Positions 1-14,957 of a stretch of DNA of 64,000 nt are shown here, one piece after another. Numbering within the stretch: the first letter of the stretch is position 1; the number at the start of each line of letters is the position of its first letter. A program made the translations under genes and the position numbers. The notes beneath the pieces were generated by a model. The model made no database searches and had not been told where the DNA came from. It was given only the letters and a program-made list of their open reading frames with translations. This DNA is from Eledone cirrhosa (taxonomy: Eukaryota), in the NCBI GenBank assembly GCA_964016885.1, contig OZ024742.1, positions 351,292,001-351,356,000 on the forward strand. The letters are read 5' to 3'.

Positions 1-103
1 GTGTTTATCGTATATTTTAATGTATTTAACTGCTCGGAAAAGCCCCTTTCCTGGAGCTGATTTATTGTAAACGACTGAGAGTTTAATCTCAAATTATAAT
101 ATA

Positions 104-445
<342 letters not shown>

Positions 446-825
446 TAAGTTCCAAGCCTCGTGGATAGATCCAAGATCGGGTATATCCAGAGAAAAGGAA
501 CGATACTACCGGTAGTCGAGACTAGAGGAATGTTGGTAAAGTTTATATGCATTTTTTCTTCAAACTTCTATTTCCTGCCTAACTCCACGTAGTTGATTAT
601 TTGTGTTCTAAATTTCTACGGGCTAAAAGGAATGACTAGTTAAATTTGATATGGCTATACCTCGCGGAAGACAGTTTGTATCATTTGTCTATTATTTCTT
701 CATAGTTACACTTTATACTTATAGCCTAGTTTAAATGACTATGTATGTGGTTGATCTATACGGACTAGGGAGAGGAAACACTGTATATATTTCACCTACT
801 AGTTCTTTAAACTTGCAATTATATA

Positions 826-890
<65 letters not shown>

Positions 891-2679
891 GATACATGAC
901 TGTCGCCGATATTAAATTTCCCTCATCTCAACTAATGAAACGACATATAGAAATCCGATTATATAACTTGCTTAATTCTCACAGTAGAAATATTTGTAGA
1001 GAACATCTGAATTTCAACGTATATTGTTATATTGCACCATGTATATACTACAAGCTTGAATGAGTTTAATGATATAACCTGTGTATTACAGCATAAGTAT
1101 TACCGAAAGTATTAGGCAAATGCTATTCAGCTACATATATAATATACTCATACCACCTCGGCCTAGGCGTTGGAGCAATCATGAATATATACTGTCATTG
1201 GCGATATATCGAGATCTATCCTATATGAAATCGTCCTCAACATTTCTAATGATATAATCTCAAACACAGCAAGGAAAACACTATCAGATGAAGAAACAGC
1301 TCAGAACGTTTGCTGCAGCCATAACACATTTAAATGAATGCGTGTTAAGTATTAGTTTTTCCAGAATTACCTATCTTTTTATGCGACAGATTGATTCAAA
1401 CAAGCTATCTCATAATGACCCAATTTTTAATTCCTGATAGAAATATTTTCTTAAATCAAAATTTAAAACATATCTGGTGTCCAATAAATAAGTTCCAATG
1501 CTCAATACATCAAACATTGCTATCATGTAGAGTTTCGGACAGAATATTACATTTCATATCGTATTTTCTATATAAAACTATTGCCTATTTCGGTATGCCC
1601 ACCGCAGTTATGCTTTTCTAATCAAAGTAATAATGATGAGCATAAGAAACCAAATATATTTGGTTGACAAATCCTCTGTTCAGTTAATTCAATGAGCCCC
1701 ATCTCCTGCCATACTCATAACATCCTTTGTCTATATCCTCTAATGGACAGATATAGATATATAATTAAATGAAATAAAAACTGCAATGAATATGGCAATA
1801 AGGAAACGAAAAAGAAAGAGAAGGAAAGGAGATAAAGAAAAGAAAAATGAAATTAAGCAACGAAAGAAAGGGAAAGGGGAAAGGAGCGACGGACTCACAC
1901 TCAAGTCTGAGGAGTATGTTTCAACATACCTTCATCTCTATTTGAATTTCCAACATCCTGAGCTTCTCTATCCTCCATACCCACCTGGTTTATATGTTTC
2001 GTTATCATTTCAATCTGAATCTCAGATAACTATCCGTTTCTGCGTATTGCCCTGGTTGACGCTGAAAATGTTAACGGAGAAAGATCGCTGGAATATAGCA
2101 CAGGACTATTTAATTACTAATTATTTCATCGTAATTCGAGAAAATGAATAGCTCCTATATTTAGTTGAACTAAGATACGGTGAATTAATGCGCTAAGAAA
2201 GAAACCATTCATAGACGTTGTTCAATTAAAGTTACACACTATATAAATGTAGGATCTACCTAACTACTATATTGCTTCATTTCTCCCAGGGGTAGCAGGC
2301 CCAATATTCCAGGCTAATCCACGCCATAACAACATGAGATATTTTAGATAAAGCTAATAAACGTTTGAAGATTATTTGTGAAAAATACATGAATGCACTT
2401 CAACTTTCTGGCAATCAGAAATAAATAACACGTCACGGCTGTGATGAAGTAATCATAAAAATGGAAATCTTTTCTCTTTTCGGTGGCTTTACCATTTTAT
2501 TCTACTTTAAGTGGATTAGTCTCATACTTTGCCAAAACAGAGGAAAATAATATTGATCAGTAGACAGTAAAGCACCTGACACACATCATATAGGAACGCA
2601 TCAATAGTAACAGCAACAGCATTTATGGAAATAGCAACAAAAAAAGGAAAATGAAAATCAAAACAAAATCGTTTCTAGT

Positions 2680-2765
2680 AGATGAAATTACCATATAACG
2701 ACAAAAGAATAATCCTTGAAGAAATAGGAAGGGCCTCGCTTTATTAGCATTCATATTGATTTTCG
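2680..2765 (+). pseudogene. Possible very old hAT transposase C-terminal remnant
   Basis: With frameshifts reads KSF..MKLPYNDKRIILEE..GLALLSIHIDF, like the hAT dimerisation motif SFSxxK...RLxxLxLLxI. Confidence 0.25.
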
Positions 2766-4149
2766 CAAAGAACACTTTAAAAAGGATATAGAAAATCAAA
2801 ATATAGCAGAACGGTAAGCTTGAATAACATGGAAAACCCTCAGTATAATCTTGGTAATCGGAAATGAAGTAGAAATGCCAATTTGCATTTACTGACGTAA
2901 ATGTTCGTTCACTTATTTCAATGCTATGAAAGTGAACGTGCAGCACAGCATATGATGTTCTTCTTAATGAAAAGACAATTTTAGTTTGTTTACGCTTTTA
3001 TGTCTACACAAAGAATATTTCACATTAAATTTCTTCTTGGCAAGATAAAAACTAGTAGATATAAAAACTATTTCTATGTGTACCTATATCTGCATCATTG
3101 AACATTTTAAGAAAAACTATATTCACAATAAGCTTTCCATCAACTAAAGAATGTCCAAATAAACTTATGAGGCATTCTATGATAATATGTGTTAAGTAAA
3201 CCACTTCACACCTCTATGTAGTAAGTAATCTTAGGCATATATTTTCAATAGGAATGTAATTAAGATCATTTAGCAGGAGAGAAGGACGTAAAGTATGTCT
3301 TCGCTCAAAGAAATTATCCAGTCGCGTTATATTCTGAGAAATATTGGAATATTGAATATTTTCGCAGCTTATGTATGGCTGAAGCAGTAATAGAATATGA
3401 AGAATGACATACAAATTCAAATCCAGCCGGATCGATTGGAGACAGTGGTTTCTAATAGAAAACTTTGAAAAGCATATCTGGATATTCTTCCACATGTCCC
3501 TCCCAGGTTTAAATGAGTGAATAATAAAACAATTTTGTTTGATATAGTTTGTTTTAACGGCTTATTATTCGCTTTGTTGGCCCCTTGTCTTTACACATAA
3601 TCACTGATAAAACATGTTGGGTTACTGTGTTCGGTAGCATACTATGCCCCTTTATCATTTGCCATTTTACGGATTTTATTACACTTTCTGAAAAATACGT
3701 GGGTAGGTAAATATTAGAAACATATGTACAACACTTGAAAATACGCCATATATTTAATGTACATCTTCTTACGTAATTTCCTCCATATATTTCGTCCCAT
3801 GTATCAGGTTGTAAGTATTTTTTAAACTGTACATACATTAATTATCAAGCATTAATTATCAAATGTTTTTTCGTACATCCTGCCACTAGTGAACTTGTTT
3901 TAGATTAGAACGAGAAAGCAAAGAAGAATATTAAATATAAACGAATCAACTTAAAGATGTATGGGTTTTTATATTATGGTTATGAGACTTTCAGGAAAAA
4001 AAGTTTAAAACGTTTTTTGTCCAGATGTCGATTTGAAACTAAAACTTCATTTCTCATGTGCCTCATATTCTATGTAAATAAATAGTGAAAATAATATTAG
4101 AAGTACGAATACATATTTGTTGATTTTTATTTTTGTGTTGATGGGTTTA

Positions 4150-4360
4150 TAGAGAGCAAAACCCACTGGCAATAAACCCAGGGGTAGACCACCAGCAGGA
4201 GGGTTGAATAATATCCATGCGCTTGGCTGGTCTCACCTGGGAGGTCCAGCCCAATCAGTTGGAAGTGGTTGCTTCTGACGGGAGGTATTGGGAGGAGTGT
4301 TTGAGGAATCTTCCCCCTCGGCTATCAAAGGTATAAGTGGGCTAAGATGGAGAAGAAGCG
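4150..4360 (+). mobile_element. RTE-clade LINE 3' end (Rex3/Expander-like C-terminus)
   Basis: Reads RAKPTGNKPRGRPP..LGWSHL(fs)..LEVVASDGRYWEECLRNLPPRL*, matching the RTE C-terminal G-R-RGRP...W...LPPRP pattern. Confidence 0.65.
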
Positions 4361-4394
4361 ATTAGGTAGTTGCTCCCCATGTATATATGCATAT

Positions 4395-4583
4395 ATTGTT
4401 TCTTATTCTGGCACAAGGCCAGCAATTATCCCAGTTTATCACTGGTGATTGATTTTATCGACCCCTTAAGGATGAAAGGCAAAGTTAACCTCGGTGGGAT
4501 TTGAACTCAGATCGTAAATGAGCGTAACGCTATGCTGCAAAGCATGGCGTCCTGTCCTCTACTGATTCGGCCAATCCACCTCC
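4395..4583 (-). mobile_element. tRNA-derived SINE with Nin/Deu-type central domain (octopod OK-like family)
   Basis: Reverse complement shows the A box, B box gagttcaaatcc and the core gaggttaactttgcctttcatccttaaggggtcgataaaat. Confidence 0.9.
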
Positions 4584-4619
4584 TTATAGTCCAATATATA
4601 TGTATATATTGGACTATAT

Positions 4620-5150
4620 TGATGTTGGAGAAAGCTTCGATGAGTATATCGGAAGCTTTAGTCCGCATGGCCAGTACAGGATTTAGAATTAAAATTTAAT
4701 AATTATTGTCATTGGGAGGATAGGTTCGTGTGTAACCATTGCTGAGGGTGAAAAGGTTTATGCTCTGTTACAGTATATACAGAATAATACCATTGTTCGT
4801 ATCACGACAGAGAGGAAGAAAGAATATATTCTAGTTGTAACGTGTTGGTTACAACTGTCACATTTTATTAGAGTTTTATATACAGCAGCAGTTGCAAATA
4901 TTGTTTTAATAATATCTAATCGTCAAACAGATATGAGAATCTTTTCGAGCACTTTATTCATTTAGATAAAAGTTAATACGTGATATTTCATCTTCATGTC
5001 AAGATTAGTAAAAGCTGAAAGACGTCTAATTGTCCAATAATATTTGAAGTCACGCGTATCTTTTGTTGGTCGGATTAACTTCATATTTGGTAGTCATTCT
5101 CTATTTGAGAGGGGCAACGTTCAATTGTATAAAATCATTAGGCTATACAA
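4620..5150 (-). pseudogene. Highly decayed Penelope-like RT fragment
   Basis: Minus strand gives NNY..FNSK..LAMRTKA, resembling the PLE RT motif B region; many stops and frameshifts. Confidence 0.3.
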
Positions 5151-5768
5151 ACAGACATGTAAGTCGTATCACTTTATGCAGACAGTTCAAATTATTTAGA
5201 TTCTAGGGAAGTTCCAATTGCTTCTCACATGAATTATATATATTCTGTTATATCGTCTATTATACGTCGTGCTGTAAACTTCGTTTGCTATACACTGGTA
5301 ACATTATTTACTGCAAATGTTTGTTTATTTACGCTGTATATTCTAGTTTCCAGATTGTTCTTTTCAATGCTTCGTATTTTTCCGTTCGGGTATTATCCAA
5401 TTGTATTTGTTTGGGACGTTCCTTTTCATATTTACTTTAGAATCTCATTCAAGCTTTAGTTCCATTAGCTTTCTAACTGTTCTTAATTATGTTGGTCGTG
5501 GTCTGACGCTCTTTTGTTGAAAATATTTTCATTTTCATTCAGTGACACTTGCAAGACATTTAAACATTTTCTTTTAATTTCATGATTTTTATGAACACTA
5601 TTTGATCTTATATATAGCTCTTTAAAGTCGGTTTAATTTAGTTTCAAAGATGTTGTAGTCAAGTAGATTTCTTTATTTTGCTTTCCTCGGGGTATTCTAC
5701 ACTAAACGCTACACACGACGTGCTAGTCACTAGGATGTGTAACTTGTTATCTCTCGAACATATATTCT

Positions 5769-5821
<53 letters not shown>

Positions 5822-5825
<4 letters not shown>

Positions 5826-5928
5826 CTACTGTACGTCTGTATACATATATGTATGTACGTGTACATACTTATATTTAAGTAACAGCCGTACTAAGAGTGG
5901 GAAATGAAATTTCTTTTCATTTTTTCCG

Positions 5929-5930
<2 letters not shown>
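5822..5930 (+). repeat. Fragment of HHR repeat family A (3' part)
   Basis: ctactgtacgtctgtatacatatatgtatgtacg...aagagtgggaaatgaaatttc matches 49561-49660. Confidence 0.8.
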
Positions 5931-6007
<77 letters not shown>

Positions 6008-6700
6008 GATTACCCTACTTAATATATAGTCTATAACTATGTTATATGTTCTTTTGGTTTGGTTAATTCTCACATTTTGACGAACCTTTTATTAGATAAA
6101 TTCTGTTAACATAACCGTAGTTTATTTAACACTGCCGGATATGTTGCTGTGTTTTTGGTATAATTTATCTGCTAATATTACCATTATAATATGCACAAAT
6201 TTATATATTATAAGTACCCACATCAAACAAGATATAGGAAACACGCGTGTTTATCACTTTTGAACCCATCATGCCGATTAAACGTCAAAGATTACTGTAT
6301 ATATTTAGTTTCTATTGCTTTGATTATCTTATTTGAAGATATTAAAGTGTAAGTTAGTTAGCACTAGTATTGTATGGCATTGTACACATTTCTATATACC
6401 GTAGTGCTATAGTAGCCATTCATAAAATATCTACATTCTTAACACAGACTGTTGTATTAAACTAAGGAGATAGAATGGTTTTAGGTAAATTATATACGCA
6501 ATATAACTAATGTGTCTGGGTAGAATGGCAGTCGGTCTCAATATCAAGCTATAGAACCATAATTTGTTCTCTTATTGGATCTAATAGAAATTGTCACCTA
6601 TGTAGTGTGTATCATGTCTGTACTATTTAGTGGTTATTAAATATTTTGTATCCCCGTTGTGTGTTTCTTTTGTTGCATTACTATGTTTATATGAGAGTGT

Positions 6701-7052
6701 GAGGTGGATTGGCAGTATCGGTAGAGCGTTGGGCAAATGTTTAGTTGTATAGTTACGACGCAATACGTTCTGAGTTCAAATCCCGCCGAGATTATCATTG
6801 CCTCTCTTTCTTACTGGTTCGATAAAATAAAGTATAAATCTCAATGATTTGAGGTCCTTGTGCCATAATCAGACACCATTATCTGTAGAGGGTCGGATGG
6901 CATGCTTTCTAGCATAGGCACGTCCCTTTACGGTCTGAATTCAAATCCCGTCCAGGTTAGTTTGCCTTTCATCCTTACGGAGTCCACAAAATAAAGTACC
7001 AGTAATACACTGGGTAATGATTGCCTTGTGCCAAAAAGTAAAAATAATTATT
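6701..7052 (+). mobile_element. Two tandem copies of the tRNA/Nin-type SINE (6701-6881, 6882-7052)
   Basis: ggtggattggcagtatcgg A box, ttcaaatcccg B box twice, ccttgtgcca tail twice. Confidence 0.88.
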
Positions 7053-7302
7053 ATGCATATATGGTACATCTAATGTCAAATAATTTGCTTTGATATAACT
7101 TAGTTATGTTCTCGGATAATATTCGCCTTTTTGTAATTAAACAATTTTCAATATATTAAAGTCGTTTCCGTGATGATATCTGCACTTGGTAATTATATGC
7201 TATGCATCTCTCCAGCGTATGTACAGCAAATACATATTTAATTGTAACTCATTTTAATTTCGCTCACATGTAAAACCACATACGTTATGTTTTGATCTAT
7301 TG

Positions 7303-7343
<41 letters not shown>

Positions 7344-7487
7344 CGAAACATAAGTCAATTGCATGAACTAATAATCCTTTATTTGCTGCTATATATATTT
7401 CGATGACAGCCATTGCTCATCGGGCAGTTATTCAGTTCTTAGATATGCCAGCTCTGTGTTTGTAGTGTTGAACGTATCAGAGCCTTG

Positions 7488-7519
<32 letters not shown>

Positions 7520-7525
<6 letters not shown>

Positions 7526-7531
7526 ATAATG

Positions 7532-7588
<57 letters not shown>
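7520..7588. repeat. (AAT)n microsatellite
   Basis: Direct run. Confidence 0.98.
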
Positions 7589-7591
<3 letters not shown>

Positions 7592-7668
7592 GTGAAAACT
7601 AAAATCCAAAGACGATTCGATAAGGATAAGTATATATCAAATATATAAGAATTATAGAGCAAATATAC

Positions 7669-7723
7669 AAAGTTTCAGAAGATCCCGTTAAGAGTGAAGG
7701 TAGCGATACTTCGCTCAAACTTT
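7669..7723 (+). ncRNA. Degenerate type I hammerhead, family D (core CAGAAGA; GAAG instead of GAAA), in repeat 7585-7745
   Basis: aaagttt CAGAAGA tcccgttaagagt GAAG gta..cgc TC aaacttt; 7-bp stem I. Confidence 0.55.
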
Positions 7724-8310
7724 AATCTGTTATTTTAATAAAAGTAGTGGATCGATTCATTACAAAAATGTATTTCTATGCAATATAAATATAAAGTGCA
7801 TGTTTAATTACACAAATATGGTTCTAATGTTGTATGTAGCACGGTATAACTAGTTCTGAAACTAATATTCCATAGGTGAGGCTATATTATGTTGAGAGTT
7901 GTAAACTAAGACTGAATCAAAAAGCAATATAATCTGTCACCACAAACAACATATATTGGATTCCATTTCTGTGAGTATAACGGTATTTTCTGTTAATCTC
8001 TCCTCGCAATATAGTACAATATGGAAGATAACAACTGACATATATGAAGGGGATCGTAATTGATACCTAATGGACTACAAAATGCCGATATAATATGATG
8101 TGGCGTAGGGTAATCTTTGATAGTTACTACAGCACCACTTGAAACTTGTAACGGGAATTACTTGTTCCTCCATACACTCATACATTTGTATACGTGACAT
8201 TAACAATCAAATTAAATGTTATAATTCTACTTATGTTAAACCTACTTTGTAGTATCGGTATTCAGTATAAAACATCAAACTCGTACTTTACTATTATATA
8301 TTAGAACTAG

Positions 8311-8372
8311 AATAAAGTACCAGTAATGCACTGGGTTATTGCTGGCCTTGTGCCAAAAGTAGAAAGAATTAT
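8311..8372 (+). mobile_element. 3' fragment of the SINE
   Basis: aataaagtaccagtaatgcactggg...ggccttgtgccaaaagtagaaa. Confidence 0.85.
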
Positions 8373-9714
8373 ATATTAGAACAATACAAATATTCGTATT
8401 TTCACAACGTATACTGTAAGTAATAACAATCGAATTTCGAAACAGCATTCAGATATGTACAGTCGCGCAAACGGCTGAAAATATGCTTCCCACAGAGGAA
8501 ACATGTGGGATGTTCACAGCTTTAGTGCGTTTGAAGTGATGTTTGAGCTGAGTTGAAGCGACAAATGCAAACGACTAAATACTAGTAAATGTTTAAATAT
8601 CAAACCCGGGATCAGCATTATAAATCTAGTATTAGCATATGCATATCAATGTGTGTGTGGTGTGTGATATATCATATGTATGTATTTATGTATGTAGGTA
8701 TGAATGTGTATGCATATATATATATAAACCTTTAAATGAAAATATATTAATGATAGAGTTAAGATTTCTATCAGAGTTCTTTTTGTGGAGAGTACATTTG
8801 ATGGGCAATCTCATTAAAGCGATATTACCAAGGAGCAATAAGAGCGAAGAAAAATGCATTCTCGTCTATATATTTCCGTTTCTTTGTTCCAATCTTTTGT
8901 GAAATAATATTAAAAGGTTTCAGAAAATTGACTGAATAAAGCATCATCTGATAGTACGAGATTGTGCGATTGCTGTCAAACGTTGCGTTATAGTTCCATC
9001 GAAGAAATAAACATTTAAATACTATAAGATTTGTTAATTCCATTAAAGATATATTCTAAGCTAGCAATACGCAATATCTGATAATGATTATGAATTATAT
9101 ATATATTTTTTAATGGTATTCAAACATGATAGAATAGATTTTCCATATTTATGTTCACAATAATGGTAGACTAGAATTTTACAGTTTTGTGAAAATGTCT
9201 TCCTTCTATTAGAGAGAACAGTCGAAATTATGTAAGAACAATAACATTAAGAAAGACATGAACGACACCAGAATATTTGTTTTGAACATTTTGAAAGTTG
9301 GATTATAAGTATGAATTTTCAGTATATTTCCGTAGCTGTCTCTATCGCCTAGTGGCAGATACAAGAGACGTTGGAGATCCTGGCCTTCGGTTCAATCCTG
9401 GTCAAGATGTAGCTGTATTTCGCAAAATACAAAATAATTTATTGGAGAATGTAAGATATTTTTCCGCAAAAATTTGATTGCAATGTTTTGTTTCCACTTA
9501 TGTATTTTCGAAAAATGTTATTTATCCCTTGTAAAATTAAATGATAGCATTCTATATGTAGGTGGGCCCCCTTTATCTCCTGGCGGCCAATATTTTTAAA
9601 CCCAGTCTGCAACTGTAGATATATATATACACATATGTGTGTGTACAAACAAGTAAGTTTATTTACGGTCTAATTGTTTACAGTCTAATTGCTCACCATA
9701 TCTTCAGAGACTGA

Positions 9715-9956
<242 letters not shown>

Positions 9957-10049
9957 TATTGTGTGAGTGTAGATATATAACTATTTGTATTTTATAATAT
10001 ATATATATATACAATACACTCTTAGTCAGTGTATTTTGGCCTTGCTACA

Positions 10050-10330
10050 TGTTAGATTGAACTTGCTTTCTGAAATTGTGGTCATCTAACCTGTTTTAAT
10101 TGTGGCTTTTGTTTCAGAGTTTGGAATATAACTTTGGTGTAGTTCCCTCAAGCCATAATATTCATACCATCTAGTGGTTTAGTTGTGTTAGTCTCCTTTT
10201 CAACATGACTATGTTGTCATTTCGTTCTTGCATTTATTCTAATTGGCTGCTTTCATTGCTTAATTTCTTGGTACACTTCCTCAATTTTAATTCAAAAGCG
10301 TATGTTATCTTTGAACATGAAAGTATACCA
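10050..10330 (-). pseudogene. Old RTE-like C-terminal remnant
   Basis: Minus strand ITYAFELKLRKC..NE..LKRRL..LEG resembles RTE AFE..C.R..NE..RRL..LEG; heavily decayed. Confidence 0.3.
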
Positions 10331-10699
10331 GTATTCAGGATTCACGAATACGTAATCAAGAAAACATTTTCTGTTCGTTAGACCTCTGCGATGTGGGAAT
10401 GAAAACGAACGATATTATATAGCACGACATGTTTTTATTACACGTAACTTAGCAACTTATTCAAAAAGCTCAGATAGAAATTGAATGTAATTCTTTGATA
10501 GTAAATGCTAAATAACAGGAAACTTGCTTTCATCTCTCTTTCTCTCTGCCTGACAAGCATTTTAGCTTTTATAGTCTAGATAGTTTCACTGTATCAGGGT
10601 TTGTATTTCTCATGATGATTCTAGTCTAATTACTTTTTATTGTATTCTGACTGATATTTGTGCACAGGTTTAATTGGGTCTTCTTACAATAATTATATA

Positions 10700-10965
10700 A
10701 TAATATAAGTATGTATACGTACATACATATATGTATACAGATGTACAGTAGTATGTATATATATAGATACATGCACACATATATATATATATATATGTAC
10801 GTATGGATTTACTGAACATTTATTATAATGCTCGGTTTGTTTGTAAACAAACATCCCGAATTAATCCGTACAGTGTTTAGCAACCATCCTTGCTCTTACA
10901 TACTTATATTTAAGTAACAACCGTAGTATAAGTGAGAAATGAAATTTCGTTTCATTTTTTCCATT
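10700..10965. mobile_element. Family A copy with internal inversion (no HHR retained)
   Basis: 10700-10895 matches family A minus-sense; 10896-10962 matches plus-sense 3' part. Confidence 0.75.
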
Positions 10966-11739
10966 TATATAATAATACTTAATGGGTGTTTTAAATTTTA
11001 CGATATTCACACTGATGATTCTATGAAGAAATATATTATATTTACATTCATTTCTTAGTTTTAGAATTTGTCTGTAACATGTTATACTCTCGATTTCTAT
11101 GGCTACTACTATTTTCTGCACATATTCAGTGAATGTAGCTAGAGCTTCAGTTAGTCTTGCTCTCAGTGGACACTTATATTGGACATCGTCTTAATTTGAT
11201 TTATATATAGCCTACCATATTTAACTGTTTTATTGCTAGACATACATAACTTGCTAAACTATAAAGCGTTCGTTATTTTAGCATAAATACCGCTGAATGA
11301 CATATGATGCACTGTGCATAAAATGAATAACATAATGGATATATAGAATGTGTTTAAATTCATTATGTTTATCACAACCATCTCTATCTTCGACGTTTAA
11401 TTTTTCATTCGTAATAATGAATATTCTGGCAGAGAAACAATTCGTTATTTTTATATGAAATTAGTGTACTTGTTAACGTTGACAACATTCACACATTTTA
11501 TTTGTTCATAATTATCTACTGTCATTTTTACTTTATGTACTTGTTTAACGCCCAATTATGCGATGTTAATTTTAAAAAAAAGGTATGTAGTCCTGCACTT
11601 CTTCACTTGAGTGCAACTCTCCTTGCTATCAACCTGAATCGTTGGCTGGTTTACATCAGAATCCCAATTTACATTTCTTGTTTTAGTGTTCCCAATGCTT
11701 GGTTACATTAGTTTTCTTCTCATTAATTGTATTCTATAG

Positions 11740-11910
11740 AAGAAATAAATCGTGAATACTGGAAGTAATTTACTAGAAACACCTTCTGTCAATTACTCGT
11801 ACTTGCATCACTCCATGGATTATTATGGATGATCCAATTATAAATATTACTAATAGCAGAGATACAAAGCCACGCACATGTGTACATAGAAACACACACA
11901 TATATACATA
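11740..11910 (+). repeat. Dispersed repeat, inverted copy at ~21205-21360
   Basis: gaagtaatttactagaaacacc...aaagccacgcacatgtgtacatagaaac found in both places. Confidence 0.85.
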
Positions 11911-11919
11911 CATATATAT

Positions 11920-12018
11920 AAATTTGAACAGGAAAAACCAAAGAGGGCTCGATAAGGATAAATATATATCAGATATATAAGAACCGTAGAACAAATATTT
12001 AATCTGTTATTTTAATAA

Positions 12019-12022
<4 letters not shown>
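11920..12022. mobile_element. Family D tail plus short inverted piece
   Basis: ccaaagagggctcgataaggataaatatatatc matches 51303-51335; followed by ttaatctgttattttaataaa in the opposite sense. Confidence 0.75.
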
Positions 12023-12081
<59 letters not shown>

Positions 12082-12087
<6 letters not shown>

Positions 12088-12520
12088 GTGCATACATATA
12101 TGTATACAGACGTACAGTAGTATGTATATATATATACATACATGCACACATATATATATATATACGTATGGATTCACCGAACATTTATTATAATGCTCGG
12201 TGTGTTTGTAAACAAACACCCCGTATTAAGCCGTAGTGTCTAGCAACCATCGTTGCTCGTTTGTTCAACACTGACAAAGGAACGCTGTACTATTTTCAAG
12301 CTTATTAGCTATCGTCTGCAACGTATACCTTTCTGCCAGATTGTTGAACGTATATACTTACCTTATGCATATTAACGGCTGAGTAGCCCAATTTGCATAT
12401 CGAGTGGGTTAATCGGCAGGGTGCACCGAAAACGATAAACGGAAAAAATGAAACAAAATTTAATTTCCAAAACACACCGAGCATTATAATAAATGTTCGA
12501 TGAATCCATACCATACGTAC
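12082..12520 (-). mobile_element. Family A copy with degenerate hammerhead (12282-12324) and short inverted end
   Basis: Minus: acgttg CAGACGA tagctaataagctt GAAA atag TA cagcgt; 12468-12520 is the reverse complement of ~12165-12210. Confidence 0.75.
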
Positions 12521-12835
12521 ATATGGATTATGTGTGTATGTATGTATATATATATACCAGAGTACTGGATACTTTGCCGTCTCGACGGCTTGAGGTCCTG
12601 AAGTGTGGTGGAGAACCAGATGGACCATAACGCACCAGAGTACTCAATATTTAGGGTAGTAGATTGGGTAATAGGAAAATATTTAATCCCGACGACATAT
12701 ATATGTATATATTCATATATATAAATGTAACAAAGGAATCGTGGTAAGGAAATTTTTCCTATATATGTATATGTATATATATATATACACAATGATATTA
12801 AATTAATGGAAACTATATTTACAAAACCATATTTA

Positions 12836-12893
12836 TTCTATTATATATATTTCAAGGGTGCCAAACACTTTGGTACGCTTTCATCTGATAAAA
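12836..12893 (-). ncRNA. Degenerate type I hammerhead (U4A) at the 3' end of a decayed PLE-like segment (~12790-14000)
   Basis: Minus: ttttat CAGATGA aagcgtaccaaa gtg tttggcaccctt GAAA tatata TA atagaa; 13958-13998 is an inverted copy of ~12915-12952. Confidence 0.6.
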
Positions 12894-13873
12894 TACAAAG
12901 AGTGTTTTATAAATTTTGACATAGCCAAGGAAACATACCTTATCAGTTGAATTTTCCTTGGGTAGTGATATTAAAGAACAGATTTTTCAAACTTATGGAT
13001 GAGTATGCAAATGAATATGTAAATAAGGTTGAGTTATATGATTGAAAAACCGTTGTTTTAAACGCTATAGAAAGTTTAGATATATTAGTAAGAGAGAAAG
13101 AAAGAAAACAAAAGGAAAAAGAAAAAAAGTAAAAGAAGAAGCAGGAACAGGAAAAAGAAGACCACTTATATACGTTAATTTGGGGGAAATACATTTAAAT
13201 ATTTACCTATATTATGTATATATTTATATGGACAATTATGTTTGTAAGTATTTATCTTATTATAATATTGTAGTGGGTTAAATACATAAACATATATATA
13301 TAACTTAATAATAGCATATGAATTTATTAAAAAGATAATTTGCAATTATTAGTTGTTTATAATATTGTTACGAGGGCGTTGATTTTGTGTTTTATTTAGA
13401 TAAATGAATAAATAAATAAATAGGTAGTTCATGTTTTATGTTGTTATTTTTAATGAGTTACGAGGGATGTTGATTTGGCTTTTATGTAAATAAATAGGTA
13501 GTTAAAATTATGAATTTATATATTGGGATAACGTATTCGGCATTGAGAATGCTTCAAATTAACGGAGTTAGGTATAATAAATTTATTTGATTGAAAAAGG
13601 AAAGATAACTCTAATCTTATTTGTTAATCGATACAGTTTTTAAGAGTTAGTGTGAAATTGATTAGTTATTTAGTCGAAGGAAATATGAATGTTTAAACAT
13701 CATCTTGAATAGGATACATTTTCATAAAGTCGGTTAATGGTTATTAATCTACGTTTAAAAAATAGCTTTACAGGGTGTGATTGGTAAAGTAAAGAATTAA
13801 AGAATAAAAAAAATGAAATTAAAATTATATTGATATACATAAATATATATATATATATATAAATAAATATATA

Positions 13874-13962
<89 letters not shown>

Positions 13963-14230
13963 CTGATAATGTATGTTTGCCTGGCTATGGCAAAACATAT
14001 ATATCTATGACTTTATGTATATGTAAACCTTTATATTTAATAATCTCCCGTTAGGTTGAGATACAATTGAGCGATATTTGGCTGCGCTTTCTAGCAACAA
14101 GCCTACCCGCCGTAAGCAACTAATCACATTCTTTCTAACTTGACCACTGCCGCGTCACGATTCTTAGCCATTTTTGAATCTATTTTTGGCGCGATCACTT
14201 TGGAAAATTAATTGTCTAACTTTGAGTTCG

Positions 14231-14304
14231 CTCCTGATGAGTCCGAAACTTTGGACATTTCTTGTTATTGGATATCTTAAAATACGGACGAAACCATGGT
14301 AGAG
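14231..14304 (+). ncRNA. Type I hammerhead ribozyme, family B
   Basis: ctc CTGATGA gtccg..cggac GAAA ccatgg TA gag; palindromic stem III ACCATGGT; predicted cleavage after 14301. Confidence 0.85.
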
Positions 14305-14883
14305 ATAATTACGGTATGTATACATTTCTTCTAAGTTTGAATTTACACCTAATTGTGTATGGTTGACGGTATATTTAGTCAGTTTCTACATGCTGTTGAA
14401 ATGTTGGATAAATACTCTATCGTGGGCACCGCGAAGAAGCCGCTTTCGGTTATTTGTCGGAAACTTCTTCATAGCAGCCTTTATTCTTATAGCTTGTTCT
14501 AATTGATTTTTTATATGGTTAATTATGCTAATTGAGAGAGGAAATGGTATATATTTTATCTAGTGATTATAAGGACATGATTTATGATATATTGCTCTGA
14601 TTATTTAATTTATTAATTCTTTATTGAGCCACAACGTGACCGGTTGCAAAGATTATATATCTATGACTTTATGTATATGTAAACCTTTATATTTAATAAT
14701 CTCCCGTTAGGTTGAGATACAATTGGGCGATATTGGGCTACGCTTTCTAGCAACAAGCCTACCCGCCGTAAGCAACTAATCACATTCTTCCTACCTTACC
14801 ACTGCCACGTCACGATTCTTAGCCATTTTTTAATCTATTTTTGGCGCGATCAGTGGAAAATTAAATGTCTAATTTTGAGTTCG

Positions 14884-14957
14884 CTCCTGATGAGTCCGAA
14901 CCTCTGGACATTTCCTGTTATTGGATGTCTTAAAATACGGACGAAACCATGGTAGAG
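14884..14957 (+). ncRNA. Type I hammerhead ribozyme, family B
   Basis: Same motif; predicted cleavage after 14954. Confidence 0.85.

Noticed and set aside
3214-3495. Minus ORF with a hydrophobic stretch and NITRLDNFFERRHTLRP, reminiscent of a Cys-loop receptor N-terminus
   Set aside because: Lacks the Y-D/N of the conserved motif, no clear donor site and no further exons recognised; likely chance
9330-9410. tRNA-like A/B boxes
   Set aside because: No cloverleaf; probably an old SINE head rather than a tRNA gene
9640-9715. Minus CTGAAGA with tatggt/accgta stem
   Set aside because: No GAAA or stem I at the required positions
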